22,411 bases of DNA. It comes from an uncultured cyanobacterium. GTDB taxonomy: Bacteria; Cyanobacteriota; Cyanobacteriia; Leptolyngbyales; Leptolyngbyaceae. A program made the translations under genes and the position numbers. Location: assembly GCA_963766075.1 (NCBI GenBank), contig CAVYAN010000118.1:1-22411 (forward strand), given 5' to 3'. The notes beneath the pieces were generated by a model. The model worked only from the letters and a program-made list of their open reading frames with translations, made no database searches and was not told where the DNA came from. Below are positions 8,468 through 18,963 of the stretch, piece after piece. How positions within the stretch are numbered: the stretch's first letter is position 1; every line of letters starts with the position of its first letter.

Positions 8468-9014
8468 TAACGGTCTTCCCCCAGAGAATCTAGCATTCCC
8501 TGTTTGCCCATCCCTAAACCACGCAGGCTTGATGTTCAGCACAAACCTCAGCAATCGCCTGAAAATGAAAGCCACACATACTTGAGTATGACGTTTGGAA
8601 GACGAACTGCCGCTGGAGGGAAACGCTGAAACAGAGTTCATTAGGTGGGAAAACCCTTAGCAAACTTCTTAAGCACTCTATCAATAAAGTCAGTTTCATA
8701 CCAAGTCAACTGACAAGCTTAGGCAGAAAATTTATACTGTGACCGGGCTCTAGGTGAGGCGACGTCGGTAACAAGCAAACAGGTCTCGGCGGGGCAGCTC
8801 AAATGATTGACTCTCAAAGTACTTTACCATCATGTCAAACGGATACCCTATAAATTCTGAACCTGTTGAAACAAATGTCCTATCTAGAATCATCTTTAGT
8901 AAGGTATTGTACCAACTATTCTAGCGATTGTTAAGCGGGTTGCGGAGGAATCCTGGGCGATCGCCCGCTAGGATGAAGAAAAGATCGTCACATTCAGGGA
9001 GTCGATACCCGTAA

Positions 9015-9761
9015 ATGCAACTGCACCTAAGCACTTGGCCCGAAGTCGAGACCTATCTTCAGTCCTCTTCGGGGATTATTCTCCCGATTGGCTCGACGGA
9101 GCAGCATGGACCGACAGGGTTGATTGGTACCGATGCGCTCTGTGCGGAGGCGATCGCCCGTGAGGTCGGAGCGGCAGCCCACGCACTTGTAGCGCCGACA
9201 ATTAATGTGGGGATGGCGCTGCACCATACGGCCTTCCCGGGCAGCATCAGTTTGCGGCCCAGCACTCTGATTCTGCTGATTCGGGATTACGTCACCAGTC
9301 TGGCCAAGATGGGATTTACCCAATTTTTCTTCATTAATGGGCATGGGGGTAATGTGGCTACCCTCAAAGCGGCCTTTGCCGAGACTTATTCTATTTTGGC
9401 GGAGTTAAACCTGCCCCAGGCGGATCAGGTGCGCTGTCAGGTGGCCAATTGGTACATGTGTGGAGCCGTCTATCGGCTGGCCCAGGAGCTGTATGGCGAT
9501 CAGGAAGGGGCTCATGCAACTCCCAGCGAAGTGGCTCTGACACAATACCTTTATCCAGAGTCGATCAAGCACGCCCCCTTGAGTGAATCGGTGGGCAAGG
9601 GACACACAATCTATGGGGCAGTGGATTTTCGGCGGCGCTACCCCGATGGACGCATGGGGTCGAATCCGGCCTTGGCAACACCGGACCATGGTCGGCAGTT
9701 TTATGAGCTGGCCGTGAAAGAATTGACTCGTGGTTATTTAGAATTTTTGAATGCTGAGTGA
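9015..9761 (+). CDS. Creatininase-family amidohydrolase
   Basis: LPIGSTEQHG, GTD, FPGSISL, INGHGGN, HATPSE metal motifs. Confidence 0.93.
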   Translation: MQLHLSTWPEVETYLQSSSGIILPIGSTEQHGPTGLIGTDALCAEAIAREVGAAAHALVAPTINVGMALHHTAFPGSISLRPSTLILLIRDYVTSLAKMGFTQFFFINGHGGNVATLKAAFAETYSILAELNLPQADQVRCQVANWYMCGAVYRLAQELYGDQEGAHATPSEVALTQYLYPESIKHAPLSESVGKGHTIYGAVDFRRRYPDGRMGSNPALATPDHGRQFYELAVKELTRGYLEFLNAE

Positions 9762-10444
9762 TGGCAAGGAAGATCATGCCCTTAATTCGACTGGTGCTGG
9801 TACTAGGGATAGTTGGGTTAGTGGCGGCCTTTGCCGTGTCCAATGGGACCCCTGGAGTTTCTCTAATCTTTTTAGGAATGCCAACACCGACGTTGCCTTT
9901 GGCGGTCTGGGTGTTGGGGGCGATCTCTGCTGGAGCGCTGACGACGTTGGCCCTTAACACACTGTTCAGCTTGTCTAATTATTGGGCGGTACGCCAGGTG
10001 CGCCCGCGATCGGCACGACAGAGCGCTGGATTCCAAACTCGGCCCAGCCCCCAGACGGTCCGTCCAGCCCGCCCTGGAGCCAATGCCGCCGGCGATGAGG
10101 CATGGCAAAACTGGGAGGGCTATGAGGAACCCCAACCCCCACGCCCCACTGCGCCTGCTGCCGTGCCCAAACAAACTGATGAGGACTTGGATGATTGGGA
10201 TTTCATGGGGAGCGATGATTGGGATGCCGCGCCCACAAGGACCCCATCAGAGACGCGGTCCTCAGTTCGGCAGCCTGCGCCAGGTTACCAGGTGAGCAAA
10301 CCTGACGTGGGAGGGCGTGAACCTCAGGATGCGAAATCGGCCACGATCGCCAATAAGTCTAAACTGGTGGTCGATGCTGACTACCGGGTGATTGTGCCGC
10401 CCTACAAGCCCCCTACTCCACCGGAAGGTTCGGAAACTGATTAG
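9761..10444 (+). CDS. Hypothetical membrane protein (two N-terminal TM helices, LapA-like; acidic/Pro-rich tail)
   Basis: TGATG overlap with the upstream gene; SLIFLGMPTPTLPLAVWVLGAI; DDWD motifs; C-terminal VVDADYRVIVPPY. Confidence 0.8.
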   Translation: MARKIMPLIRLVLVLGIVGLVAAFAVSNGTPGVSLIFLGMPTPTLPLAVWVLGAISAGALTTLALNTLFSLSNYWAVRQVRPRSARQSAGFQTRPSPQTVRPARPGANAAGDEAWQNWEGYEEPQPPRPTAPAAVPKQTDEDLDDWDFMGSDDWDAAPTRTPSETRSSVRQPAPGYQVSKPDVGGREPQDAKSATIANKSKLVVDADYRVIVPPYKPPTPPEGSETD

Positions 10445-10526
10445 ACCGTTTTCAGGATCGTTTAGCCCGCTTCATAGAGATCCTGGACCCGACTGTCGAG
10501 TGCGCGATCGCGCTTGGGAATCAACC

Positions 10527-10553
10527 CGCCATGAAAAAGTCGCCATGAAAAAG
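10527..10553. repeat. 14-bp tandem duplication
   Basis: cgccatgaaaaagt / cgccatgaaaaag. Confidence 0.8.
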
Positions 10554-10559
10554 AGCAAT

Positions 10560-10583
10560 AAAAAAGGGGCAATAATGCCCCCT
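10560..10583 (-). terminator. Intrinsic terminator of ftsH3
   Basis: Minus strand GGGGC-ATTATT-GCCCC followed by TTTTTT. Confidence 0.8.
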
Positions 10584-10631
10584 GGAAATTTTTGATTTTG
10601 GATTTGCTCTAGAATCAACAGCTAACGTCGA

Positions 10632-12477
10632 TTATGCGATCGCGGCCATCTTGACATCGCTGGTAGCCAATAGCTCCTGTAATTCTTCAGAATCAACGGT
10701 CTCCTTTTCAACCAGCATGGCAGCCAACCGATCCAGCACAGCTCGATTGCCCACCAGTACTGCCTTGGCACGCCTGTAGGCTTGGTCCACCAGGTTACGC
10801 ACTTCGTCGTCGATGGCGGAGGCGGTTTCTTCAGAGAAATCCCGCTCAGCCGCGATGTCTCGTCCCAGGAACATGTTGCCCTGCTGGCGACCCAGGGCCA
10901 CCGGACCGAGGCGATCGCTCATACCAAACCGAGTCACCATTTGACGCGCTACCCGAGCAACTTGCTGCAAGTCATTCGAGGCCCCGGTGGTCACTTCCTC
11001 TTCGCCAAAGATAATTTCTTCGGCAATCCGACCGCCAAGGGCAACCGCCATCTGATTTTGTAGGTAGGAGCGGGAATAGAGACCCGAGTCCATCCGATCT
11101 TCACTGGGAGTAAACCAGGTTAGCCCACCCGCGCGGCCGCGCGGAATGATGCTGATTTTTTGCACCGGATCGTAGTCGGGCATCAGCGCACCCACCAAGG
11201 CATGGCCAGCCTCATGGTAGGCCACCAACTCCTTGCGTTTCTCGCTCATCACCCGATCTTTTTTCTCTGGGCCAGCCAAGACGCGATCAATTGCATCATT
11301 GACTTCATCCATAGAAATTTCAGTCAGGCTGCGACGAGCGGCTAGGATAGCGGCTTCATTCAGCAGATTGGACAGGTCAGCACCAGTAAACCCAGGAGTG
11401 CGCCGCGCAATCCGCTCTAAATCCACATCTCTCGCTAGGGTTTTGCCCCGAGCGTGGACGTTGAGAATTTCTAGACGACCGCCAAAGTCGGGGCGATCGA
11501 CCACAACTTGGCGATCAAATCGACCGGGGCGAAGGAGGGCCGCATCCAACACGTCCGGACGGTTGGTTGCCGCAATGATGATGATGCCTGTATTGCCCTC
11601 AAAGCCATCCATCTCGGTCAGCAGTTGGTTGAGGGTTTGTTCGCGCTCATCATTACCGCCGCCTAGACCGGCACCGCGTTGCCGACCCACAGCATCGATT
11701 TCATCGATAAAGACGATGCAAGGGGCATTGGACTTGGCTTGCTCGAACAAATCCCGAACGCGGGACGCGCCGACCCCGACAAACATTTCAACAAATTCGG
11801 ACCCTGATATTGAGAAGAAGGGGACACCCGCTTCACCCGCAACGGCCCGAGCGAGCAGGGTTTTACCGGTACCCGGAGGCCCTACCAATAAGACACCCTT
11901 AGGAATCTTGGCCCCGATCGCCGTGAAGCGATTGGCGTTTTTCAGGAAGTCCACGACTTCATTGAGTTCCAGCTTGGCTTGGTCAATCCCCGCCACATCC
12001 CCAAAGGTGACTTGGGTTTGCGGTTCCATCTGCACGCTGAGCTTTAGATTTGCCAAAATTCATGGCTTGGCTACCCGGACCGTTCTGGGCGCGTCTGAGC
12101 AGGAAAAATAACCCCACGAGCAGCAAAACGGGGAAAAACAAGCTACTGAGTGCCTTGAACAAGAATCCCTCGTCGTTTGGAGGCATAACGGAGATGTCTA
12201 CGCCATTCTTAGTCAGAATCTTGACCAAATCCTGATCGTAGGGGGGCAGGTTAATGTTGACCCAGCCATTGCCCGCTGGATCCTTGACTTGGGCAATGGT
12301 GCGGTCCGCACTAATCTTGACTTTTTCAATCTTACGGTCCATGACCCGCTCGATAAACTGGCTGTAGGTCCAGTTAGGTGTCTTTTGCGGCTGCTTATCA
12401 AAAAAGGCTGTGGCTAGGGAGACGACCACGATCGCCAACAGCGTATAAAGTCCGACGTTTCTCCACCGCTTATTCAC
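10632..12477 (-). CDS. ftsH3: ATP-dependent zinc metalloprotease FtsH3, split by a 1-nt insertion at 12038
   Basis: N-terminus [11 protein letters not shown], Walker [37 protein letters not shown] with GTG start; removing base 12038 restores FGKSKARVQMEP. Confidence 0.93.
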
Positions 12478-12529
12478 CGGGGTGTATCCTCCTAAATCTC
12501 AGAGTGCGGAGATGATCTACATTCTGCTT

Positions 12530-12547
12530 GTGTTAACTAATATTAAC
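12530..12547 (-). promoter_or_regulatory. HLR1 (RpaB)-like direct repeat upstream of ftsH3
   Basis: Minus strand GTTAATAT-TA-GTTAACAC: octamer pair with 2-nt spacer, imperfect match to (G/T)TTACA(T/A)(T/A). Confidence 0.35.
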
Positions 12548-12732
12548 GTATCTCAGAATGCTGCGATCGTGAATCTCATATATCCCCTATCGTAACGATT
12601 CTAATCAGACTCGGCACAGGGACTGACCGTGAATCCCAAGATGAACACTTTCGGAGCTGAAGTCCGCGCCCCAGCGTTACAGGCTCGAAGGAGCATGGGC
12701 AATCCTACACGCTAACGTGTCCGAAGTTATTG

Positions 12733-12792
12733 TTTCCAGGCTATATATTTCCAGGCGTTATATTTCCAGGCGTTATATTTCCGGGAAGTTAT
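12733..12792. repeat. 15-bp tandem repeat x4
   Basis: tttccaggctatata / tttccaggcgttata / tttccaggcgttata / tttccgggaagttat. Confidence 0.92.
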
Positions 12793-12802
12793 TCCCGACC
12801 TG

Positions 12803-13276
12803 TTATTCAGGACCAGGTTCTGACGCTTCGTTATCCGTGTTTTGGGCAGAAAGGGCTTTCTGCTGCCGATGGAGATTTTCCTCGAGTTCTTGGATCTGTT
12901 CCCGACGGGCCTCAAGCTCAAGGGCGCGGCGATCCACTTCCTGGCTTTGCAAGGTCAGAGATTGCCGCCACTGTTCCGCGCGCTGGGTTTCTTGCTGCAA
13001 AAATTCTGGCGTGATGCCACTGCTGAGAAATTGCTGGATGATGTCCAAGACCCAATCCTTGGCATTGACAAGGCGGGTGACCTGATAATCCTCAGTACAG
13101 TCTGCCAGCACAAGCATGCCATCCGCCCACTCAGTAGCCGTTGTGGAAACCAGGATGGCTTTAGGGGCTGGATCAGGCAAGAGCGCCCAAGCGTATTCTG
13201 ATTTTTGGCAGGCGAGGGGAATGAGGGAGACTTGGTTAGGAATGCCCTGATTCTGAACCTGAGCGAGATACAACAT
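12803..13276 (-). CDS. Conserved coiled-coil protein resembling the N-terminal region of motility protein HmpF
   Basis: MLYLAQVQ...LACQKSEYAW...EQWRQSLTLQSQEVDRRALELEARREQIQELE; AGGAG upstream of ATG 13276. Confidence 0.75.
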   Translation of the reverse strand: MLYLAQVQNQGIPNQVSLIPLACQKSEYAWALLPDPAPKAILVSTTATEWADGMLVLADCTEDYQVTRLVNAKDWVLDIIQQFLSSGITPEFLQQETQRAEQWRQSLTLQSQEVDRRALELEARREQIQELEENLHRQQKALSAQNTDNEASEPGPE

Positions 13277-13523
13277 GCGAAGGACTCTCTCCTGAGCGAC
13301 CGAGGCGGGGAAGTCAGACGCAACAGATTCTGACCCTAGACTAATTCGGGTAACTGCGTCAACAAGAAATCTACCGAAAGGTTTGGCGATCGCCCCTTCT
13401 GGCAAAGTATACCGCTTCTCTGGCCTTGGATTGCTGGCTCACAGGTGGGGAAAGCCCCTACGGTCAATTTCGCCAATTTCTTCGCCACTTTCCTATGGAC
13501 ACCCCTGGGTTGATCCCGGAAGC

Positions 13524-16244
13524 TTATAACGTTGTCAGACGCGCCCGCAAGATTTCGGCTTGCTTATCCAGCTCCGCTAGGGTCGCCTCAGCGGTGGCGA
13601 TCACGTCAGCAGGGGCTTTATTGACGAAGCTGGGATTGGCGAGGCGGGCGCGAAGGCTCTGGGCCTCGGTTTCGATTTTCTTGAGGTCCTTGGTGAGTTT
13701 TGCCCCCAGTGTGGCCACATCCACCACACCATCCAAGAGAATCAGCACTTGCACGGTGCCCGTTACGCCCGCGAACAGTTTTGCGGGGGTGGCGGGCAAG
13801 GCATCCAGAATGGTGAGCGTTTCGACTTTGGCCAGGTCACAGATGTAGGTCTGTCCAGTTGTCAGGATTTGGCGCTCGCGATCGCTGTCACTCTGCAACA
13901 GTACCGTAATCTTGGCTCCCGGCTTGATGCAGGCTTCAGCCCGCAGATTCCGAATTGTGCGGATAGTCTCCATGATCAGGTCAAACTGGTTCTCCAACTC
14001 GGCATCAATCTGCGCTGGATCCGTTACGGGATAGGCTTGCAGAGCCAAATAAACCTGATCGTCCGCTCCGGTTAAGGTATGCCACAGTTCTTCGGTGATA
14101 TGGGGCATGAAGGGGTGGAGCAGTTTCAGGATGCCCTCTAAAACCAAGGCCAAAACTTGCTGGGCGGCCTGACGTGCTCCGGCATCTTCTCCCAGCAGGC
14201 GCGATTTCACCAGTTCGATGTACCAGTCACAAAAGTCGCCCCAGAAAAATTCATACAGGCCCTTTGCGGCTTCCCCAAATCCAAAATTATCCAGATGACG
14301 CCGGGTTTGCTGGGTCACTTGGTGGAAGCGAGAGAGCATCCAGCGATCGCACAGTTCCAACTCATCCATTGGCTTGCCTAACTGAACGGGCGTTTGCCCC
14401 GCCAAGTTCATCATCACAAACCGGGACGCATTCCATAGCTTGTTGGTAAAGTTGCGGGCGGCCTCTACAGATTCCGACTCGTCCGTTTTGCGGTTGTATT
14501 GCAGGCGAATGTCCTGCCCTGCGCCAACCACTTCACGAATTAGAGCATAGCGCAGGGCATCGGTGCCGTACTTATTAATCAGCAGCAGGGGATCGATGCC
14601 ATTGTTGGCAGATTTGGACATCTTCTTATTGTTTTCATCCCGGACCAGGCCGTGGATGTAGACATTCTGAAAGGGCATTTGGCCCGTGAAGTGTCCCGCC
14701 ATCATGGTCATGCGGGCGACCCAGAAGAAAATGATGTCAAAGCCAGTCACCAGGGTGGTGGTGGGGTAGTAGAATTCCAGATCCGCCGTTTGGTGGGGCC
14801 AACCCATGGTCGAAAAGGGCCATAATCCCGAAGAAAACCAGGTGTCTAGGACATCCGGATCCTGTTCGAGTTGTACAGCAGGGCCAAACTGCGCCACGGC
14901 CTTGGCTTCGGCTTCGGCCAGCGATCGCGCCACCACAAACGGTGTAGCCTCTGTGATCACGCCACCCGTCTCACTCACCGCATACCAGGCGGGAATCTGG
15001 TGGCCCCACCAGAGCTGCCGGGAAATGCACCAGTCCCGCAGGTTCACCAGCCAGTCGCGGTAGACCTTGGTCCAGCGCTCTGGGACAAAGTTGGGATCGG
15101 CGTGATGATCTAGGAAATCGAGGGCACTGTCCGCGAGGGGGCGAATTTTGACAAACCACTGGGTGGAGAGTAACGGTTCAACGGGGACTTTGCCGCGATC
15201 GCTGTAGGGTACCGTGTGCTTATAGTCTTCCACCTTCACCAGCACGCCCAAGGCCTGGAGCTGAGCCACCAGATTTTTCCGGGCCACAAACCGATCCTGC
15301 CCCTGGAAGGGACCGGCCTGCTCATTCATGGAACCGTCTTTGTTCATGACGGTGATCAGGGGCAGGTTATGACGCTGGCCCATTTCAAAGTCATTGGGAT
15401 CATGGGCCGGGGTCACCTTGACACAGCCGGTGCCAAAGGTCATATCCACGTAGTCATCGGCAATGATGGGAATTTCGCGGTTGAGGATGGGCAGGGTCAG
15501 GGTTTTGCCAATCAAGGATTTGTAGCGATCGTCTGCGGGATTCACCGCCACCGCCGTGTCCCCCAGCATGGTTTCCGGGCGCGTCGTCGCCACTTCCACA
15601 AAGCCGGAGCCATCCGTCAGGGGATATCGAAAATGCCAGAGGCTGCCATTCACCTCTTTATTTTCCACTTCCAAATCCGACACCGCCGACTGACTGGCAG
15701 GACACCAGTTGACCAAGTACTTGCCGCGATAAATCAAGCCTTCATCGTAGAGGCGGGTGAATGCCTCCAGCACGGCCTCTGAGAGCCCCGCATCCATCGT
15801 GAATCGTTCCCGAGACCAGTCTACGGATACACCCAATCGCCGCAACTGGCCGACAATGGTGCCACCCGATTCGGCTTTCCAGGCCCAAGCCCGCTCTAGA
15901 AATTTTTCCCGACCGACATCGTCGCGGGTTTTGCCTTCTGCCTTGAGTTGCTTTTCCAAAATCGTCTGGACCGCAATGCTGGCATGGTCGGTACCCGGCA
16001 GCCACAGGGTATTGTCGCCAATCATCCGGTGGTAGCGCACCAGGGTATCGATCAGCGCTTGCTCGAAGGCATGCCCCATATGGAGGCTGCCGGTCACGTT
16101 GGGGGGAGGAATAACAACGCAGAAGGGCGTACCGCCCTGGGCGGGGTCGGCTTTGAAGACGGCATTGGCTTCCCAAAGGTGCTGCCACTTGGCTTCGCTG
16201 ATGGCGGGATCGTACTGGCTGGACAGGGGGGCAGAGGCGGTCAT
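13524..16244 (-). CDS. valS: Valine--tRNA ligase
   Basis: [53 protein letters not shown]-terminal coiled coil. Confidence 0.99.
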   Translation of the reverse strand: MTASAPLSSQYDPAISEAKWQHLWEANAVFKADPAQGGTPFCVVIPPPNVTGSLHMGHAFEQALIDTLVRYHRMIGDNTLWLPGTDHASIAVQTILEKQLKAEGKTRDDVGREKFLERAWAWKAESGGTIVGQLRRLGVSVDWSRERFTMDAGLSEAVLEAFTRLYDEGLIYRGKYLVNWCPASQSAVSDLEVENKEVNGSLWHFRYPLTDGSGFVEVATTRPETMLGDTAVAVNPADDRYKSLIGKTLTLPILNREIPIIADDYVDMTFGTGCVKVTPAHDPNDFEMGQRHNLPLITVMNKDGSMNEQAGPFQGQDRFVARKNLVAQLQALGVLVKVEDYKHTVPYSDRGKVPVEPLLSTQWFVKIRPLADSALDFLDHHADPNFVPERWTKVYRDWLVNLRDWCISRQLWWGHQIPAWYAVSETGGVITEATPFVVARSLAEAEAKAVAQFGPAVQLEQDPDVLDTWFSSGLWPFSTMGWPHQTADLEFYYPTTTLVTGFDIIFFWVARMTMMAGHFTGQMPFQNVYIHGLVRDENNKKMSKSANNGIDPLLLINKYGTDALRYALIREVVGAGQDIRLQYNRKTDESESVEAARNFTNKLWNASRFVMMNLAGQTPVQLGKPMDELELCDRWMLSRFHQVTQQTRRHLDNFGFGEAAKGLYEFFWGDFCDWYIELVKSRLLGEDAGARQAAQQVLALVLEGILKLLHPFMPHITEELWHTLTGADDQVYLALQAYPVTDPAQIDAELENQFDLIMETIRTIRNLRAEACIKPGAKITVLLQSDSDRERQILTTGQTYICDLAKVETLTILDALPATPAKLFAGVTGTVQVLILLDGVVDVATLGAKLTKDLKKIETEAQSLRARLANPSFVNKAPADVIATAEATLAELDKQAEILRARLTTL

Positions 16245-16384
16245 GGGGCAGGGGCTAACTGAACGTGCTTATCTAAGTTACCTAAATTTTGCCACGTTTG
16301 AGGAATGGCGATGCGACGTTCAGTAATGGGGTCGATGCGGCCAAAAAAGTGGGGCACGATCGCCATAATCGCGATCGCGCCCCC

Positions 16385-16412
16385 ACCACTTAATTCAAAC
16401 CACTTAATTCGA
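16385..16412. repeat. 14-bp tandem duplication
   Basis: accacttaattcaa / accacttaattcga. Confidence 0.8.
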
Positions 16413-16440
16413 CATCTGGACCGAATCTTACAGCCCACAC

Positions 16441-16563
16441 CTAGGGGTGGAACAGTAAATCGGGAAAGAAACGATTGAATTCAATCAAAATACCAGCCGT
16501 AAAAGCCAACAGCGCGAAGATCAGCACAGGAGCCGTCGATAGATACTTGAGGAAATAGGTCAT
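16441..16563 (-). CDS. psaJ: Photosystem I subunit IX (not in the supplied ORF track)
   Basis: Manual translation [47 protein letters not shown]; directly after psaF. Confidence 0.97.
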   Translation of the reverse strand: MTYFLKYLSTAPVLIFALLAFTAGILIEFNRFFPDLLFHP

Positions 16564-16602
16564 AAATAGTTCTCCCAACTCACATCAAACACAAAATCCA
16601 AA

Positions 16603-17088
16603 CTAGCGAGGTGAGACCGTAATCTCATTTTCCTTAGCAAACATTTCGCCCGTGGTCATTTCCTTCAGCGCTACCGCAGGCCAAGCGAACCCGCCAATCA
16701 TGAACTTCAGCGCCAAAGGCACATCAATAATGACTTCCTTCATTTCAGGGCTATCTGTCTTGCGCACGGCAATGATATAGGAACGACCTGCCCAGCCAAT
16801 CCAACCCGCAATATACAGGAATAAAATGCTAGGAATGATGAACTCGCCCACATGGGAAAAGTTATCCGGAATCAGGTGAGGCAGACCATCTTCTTTGCCA
16901 CACAGCAAGGAAGACTTGCTGGAATAAAGCTCATAGCGATATTTAGCCGTGGGGCTAGCCGAACTTTCCATCCGAGCTTTGAAGGCAGCAGACTGCCCAC
17001 AAGGCTCAAGATTATAGGCATGGGCGGGCGCAGCGGCAAACCCGAACCACAGAGTGACTGCTAAAACTAGAGCAAACAACCGACGCAT
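16603..17088 (-). CDS. psaF: Photosystem I subunit III
   Basis: Signal peptide MRRLFALVL..AHA, LCGKEDGLPHLI, FIIPSILFLYIAGWIGWAGRSY, EITVSPR. Confidence 0.98.
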   Translation of the reverse strand: MRRLFALVLAVTLWFGFAAAPAHAYNLEPCGQSAAFKARMESSASPTAKYRYELYSSKSSLLCGKEDGLPHLIPDNFSHVGEFIIPSILFLYIAGWIGWAGRSYIIAVRKTDSPEMKEVIIDVPLALKFMIGGFAWPAVALKEMTTGEMFAKENEITVSPR

Positions 17089-17139
17089 GGAATTGTTTCC
17101 CTTTACTAACTACATACAAAAACAAGTTTGAAAGTCGAA

Positions 17140-17183
17140 CGCTCGAAAAATAATCCGGGAAAACCCGCCTGCTTTTTCGAGCG
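17140..17183. promoter_or_regulatory. Stem-loop in the psaF/tsaD divergent region
   Basis: CGCTCGAAAAA...CGGG-AAAA-CCCG...TTTTTCGAGCG; 11-bp perfect outer arms. Confidence 0.5.
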
Positions 17184-17291
17184 ATCCAAGATTCGTTAGC
17201 ATGATGCCATAGGGCGAACTCTAATGCCGCTCAGCCCCAGATGCAAGCTAAGCTACAGAAGTCGCCCATCTCTTAGAAAAGGTACCAGCAA

Positions 17292-18332
17292 ATGACGACG
17301 GTATTGGCAATTGAAACAAGTTGTGACGAAACAGCCGTGGCAATTGTAAAGAACCGTGAAATTTTGAGTAGTGTCGTCGCCTCACAGATGGCCGTTCATG
17401 CGGAATTTGGCGGTGTGGTGCCCGAGGTAGCCTCTCGACAGCATGTGGAAGCCGTGAATCCAGCGATCGCCCAAAGTCTAGCTGAAGCCGATCTCACCTG
17501 GGCCAACATTGATGGCATTGCCGCCACCTGTGCCCCGGGATTAGTGGGGGCTTTGTTAGTGGGCTTAACCACGGCTAAAACCCTGGCCATGCTGCATGAC
17601 AAGCCCCTGATCGGCGTGCACCATCTGGAAGGGCACATTTATGCCTCCTACCTCACCGATCCGGATTTGCAACCGCCGTTTCTCTGTCTACTGGTTTCTG
17701 GCGGCCATACGAGTTTGATTTATGTGAAAGACTGCGGCGCTTACGATACCCTCGGCCAAACTCGGGACGATGCGGCGGGTGAAGCCTTCGACAAGGTCGC
17801 TCGCCTGCTGCATCTGGGCTATCCCGGCGGCCCGATTATCGATCGCCTCGCCCAGCAGGGGAATCCCAACGCCTTTCCCCTGCCAATGGGGCAGGTGTCT
17901 TTGCCCACCGGCGGGTTTCATCCCTATGACTCCAGTTTTAGTGGCTTAAAGACCGCTGTGTTGCGCCTCACCCAAAAGCTAGAGCAAACCGGAGAGCCTC
18001 TGCCGATTGCGGATCTGGCGGCCAGTTTTCAGGCTGCTGTGGCCAAGGCGTTGACCAAGCGCGCGATCGCCTGCGCCCTGGATTACGGATTAAACACCAT
18101 CGTGCTCGGCGGCGGTGTTGCGGCTAACAGCGGCCTGCGGGCAACCCTGCAAGCGGCTGCCTCCCCCCATAACCTTCGCGTCATTTTTCCGCCGCTGAAG
18201 TTCTGTACTGACAATGCCGCCATGATTGCCTGTGCCGCCGCAGAACATCTTAGCCGGGGCGATGTCTCCCCTCTCACTTTGGGGGCACAGTCGCGCATGG
18301 CGATCGCTGATGTGATGCAGCTCTATCAATAA
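17292..18332 (+). CDS. tsaD: tRNA N6-threonylcarbamoyltransferase
   Basis: [61 protein letters not shown]. Confidence 0.98.
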   Translation: MTTVLAIETSCDETAVAIVKNREILSSVVASQMAVHAEFGGVVPEVASRQHVEAVNPAIAQSLAEADLTWANIDGIAATCAPGLVGALLVGLTTAKTLAMLHDKPLIGVHHLEGHIYASYLTDPDLQPPFLCLLVSGGHTSLIYVKDCGAYDTLGQTRDDAAGEAFDKVARLLHLGYPGGPIIDRLAQQGNPNAFPLPMGQVSLPTGGFHPYDSSFSGLKTAVLRLTQKLEQTGEPLPIADLAASFQAAVAKALTKRAIACALDYGLNTIVLGGGVAANSGLRATLQAAASPHNLRVIFPPLKFCTDNAAMIACAAAEHLSRGDVSPLTLGAQSRMAIADVMQLYQ

Positions 18333-18350
18333 CCTCAAGATCAATAACCT
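18325..18350. repeat. 15-bp-period duplication across the tsaD stop
   Basis: atcaataacctcaag / atcaataacct. Confidence 0.65.
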
Positions 18351-18379
18351 AGTGCCAGCCTACGCAATAGGCATAAGCT

Positions 18380-18877
18380 TTACGCAGCAGGCGTGAATTT
18401 CAAAGAGACTCCATTCATGCAGTAGCGCTGTCCGGTCGGTTGTGGGCCGTCGTTAAACACATGGCCAAGATGCCCACCACAGTTGCTGCAATGGACTTCC
18501 ACCCGAGTCATAAACAGGGAGCGATCGGTGGTAGTCGCGATCGCTCCGGCGATCGGTTCATAAAAACTAGGCCAACCCGTCCCGCTATTGAACTTGGTGG
18601 TTGACGTAAACAGGGGCTGATCACAAGCCGCACAGGAGTAAGTACCGTCATCATAAATTTTGTCGAGCGGACTGGTACCGGCCCGCTCGGTGCCGTGTTT
18701 GCGCAGGACATGGAATTGTTCTTGCGTCAGCAGTGTCCGCCACTCTGCTTCAGTTTTTTGAACGGCAAAGGTTTCGGGTTGGGTTGCCATCGGGGGTGTT
18801 CTCCAAGGTTGATCACGGATCAGCCACCCTAAACCAATCAGAGTGGCTGAAGCTTGTAAAAAGTAACGCTTCTTCAT
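18380..18877 (-). CDS. msrB: Peptide-methionine (R)-S-oxide reductase
   Basis: GTERAG, CAAC, KFNSGTGWPSF, RVEVHCSNCGGHLGHVFNDGP, RYCMN; start 18877 (MKKRYFL) or 18790. Confidence 0.96.
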   Translation of the reverse strand: MKKRYFLQASATLIGLGWLIRDQPWRTPPMATQPETFAVQKTEAEWRTLLTQEQFHVLRKHGTERAGTSPLDKIYDDGTYSCAACDQPLFTSTTKFNSGTGWPSFYEPIAGAIATTTDRSLFMTRVEVHCSNCGGHLGHVFNDGPQPTGQRYCMNGVSLKFTPAA

Positions 18878-18921
18878 GATTCTATCCTGCCAGACTCTAC
18901 ACCGCTTGAGCATGCCGGAAC

Positions 18922-18963
18922 TTTTCACGGTCGTTTTTTCGCAGCCGGTTTTTCACGGTCGTT
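18922..18963. repeat. 14-bp-period repeat x3
   Basis: ttttcacggtcgtt / ttttcgcagccggt / ttttcacggtcgtt. Confidence 0.75.

Noticed and set aside
11233..12111. 292-aa plus-strand ORF and other antisense ORFs over ftsH, valS, hlyD and the adhesin
   Set aside because: Shadow frames of well-supported genes, with no recognisable motifs.
7326..12792. Short repeat arrays as CRISPR
   Set aside because: Units are 14-15 bp, directly adjacent, with no spacers and no cas genes.
12730..13014. ORF starting MFPGYIFPGVIFPGVIFPG as a RiPP/cyanobactin precursor
   Set aside because: By-product of the 15-bp tandem repeat; no leader peptide, no modifying enzymes nearby, and antisense to a real gene.
13277..13405. 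N-terminal extension of the 200-aa ORF call (similarly 8323-8361, 4577-4657, 18878-18928)
   Set aside because: Downstream ATGs fit better, by RBS, coupling or family N-terminus.
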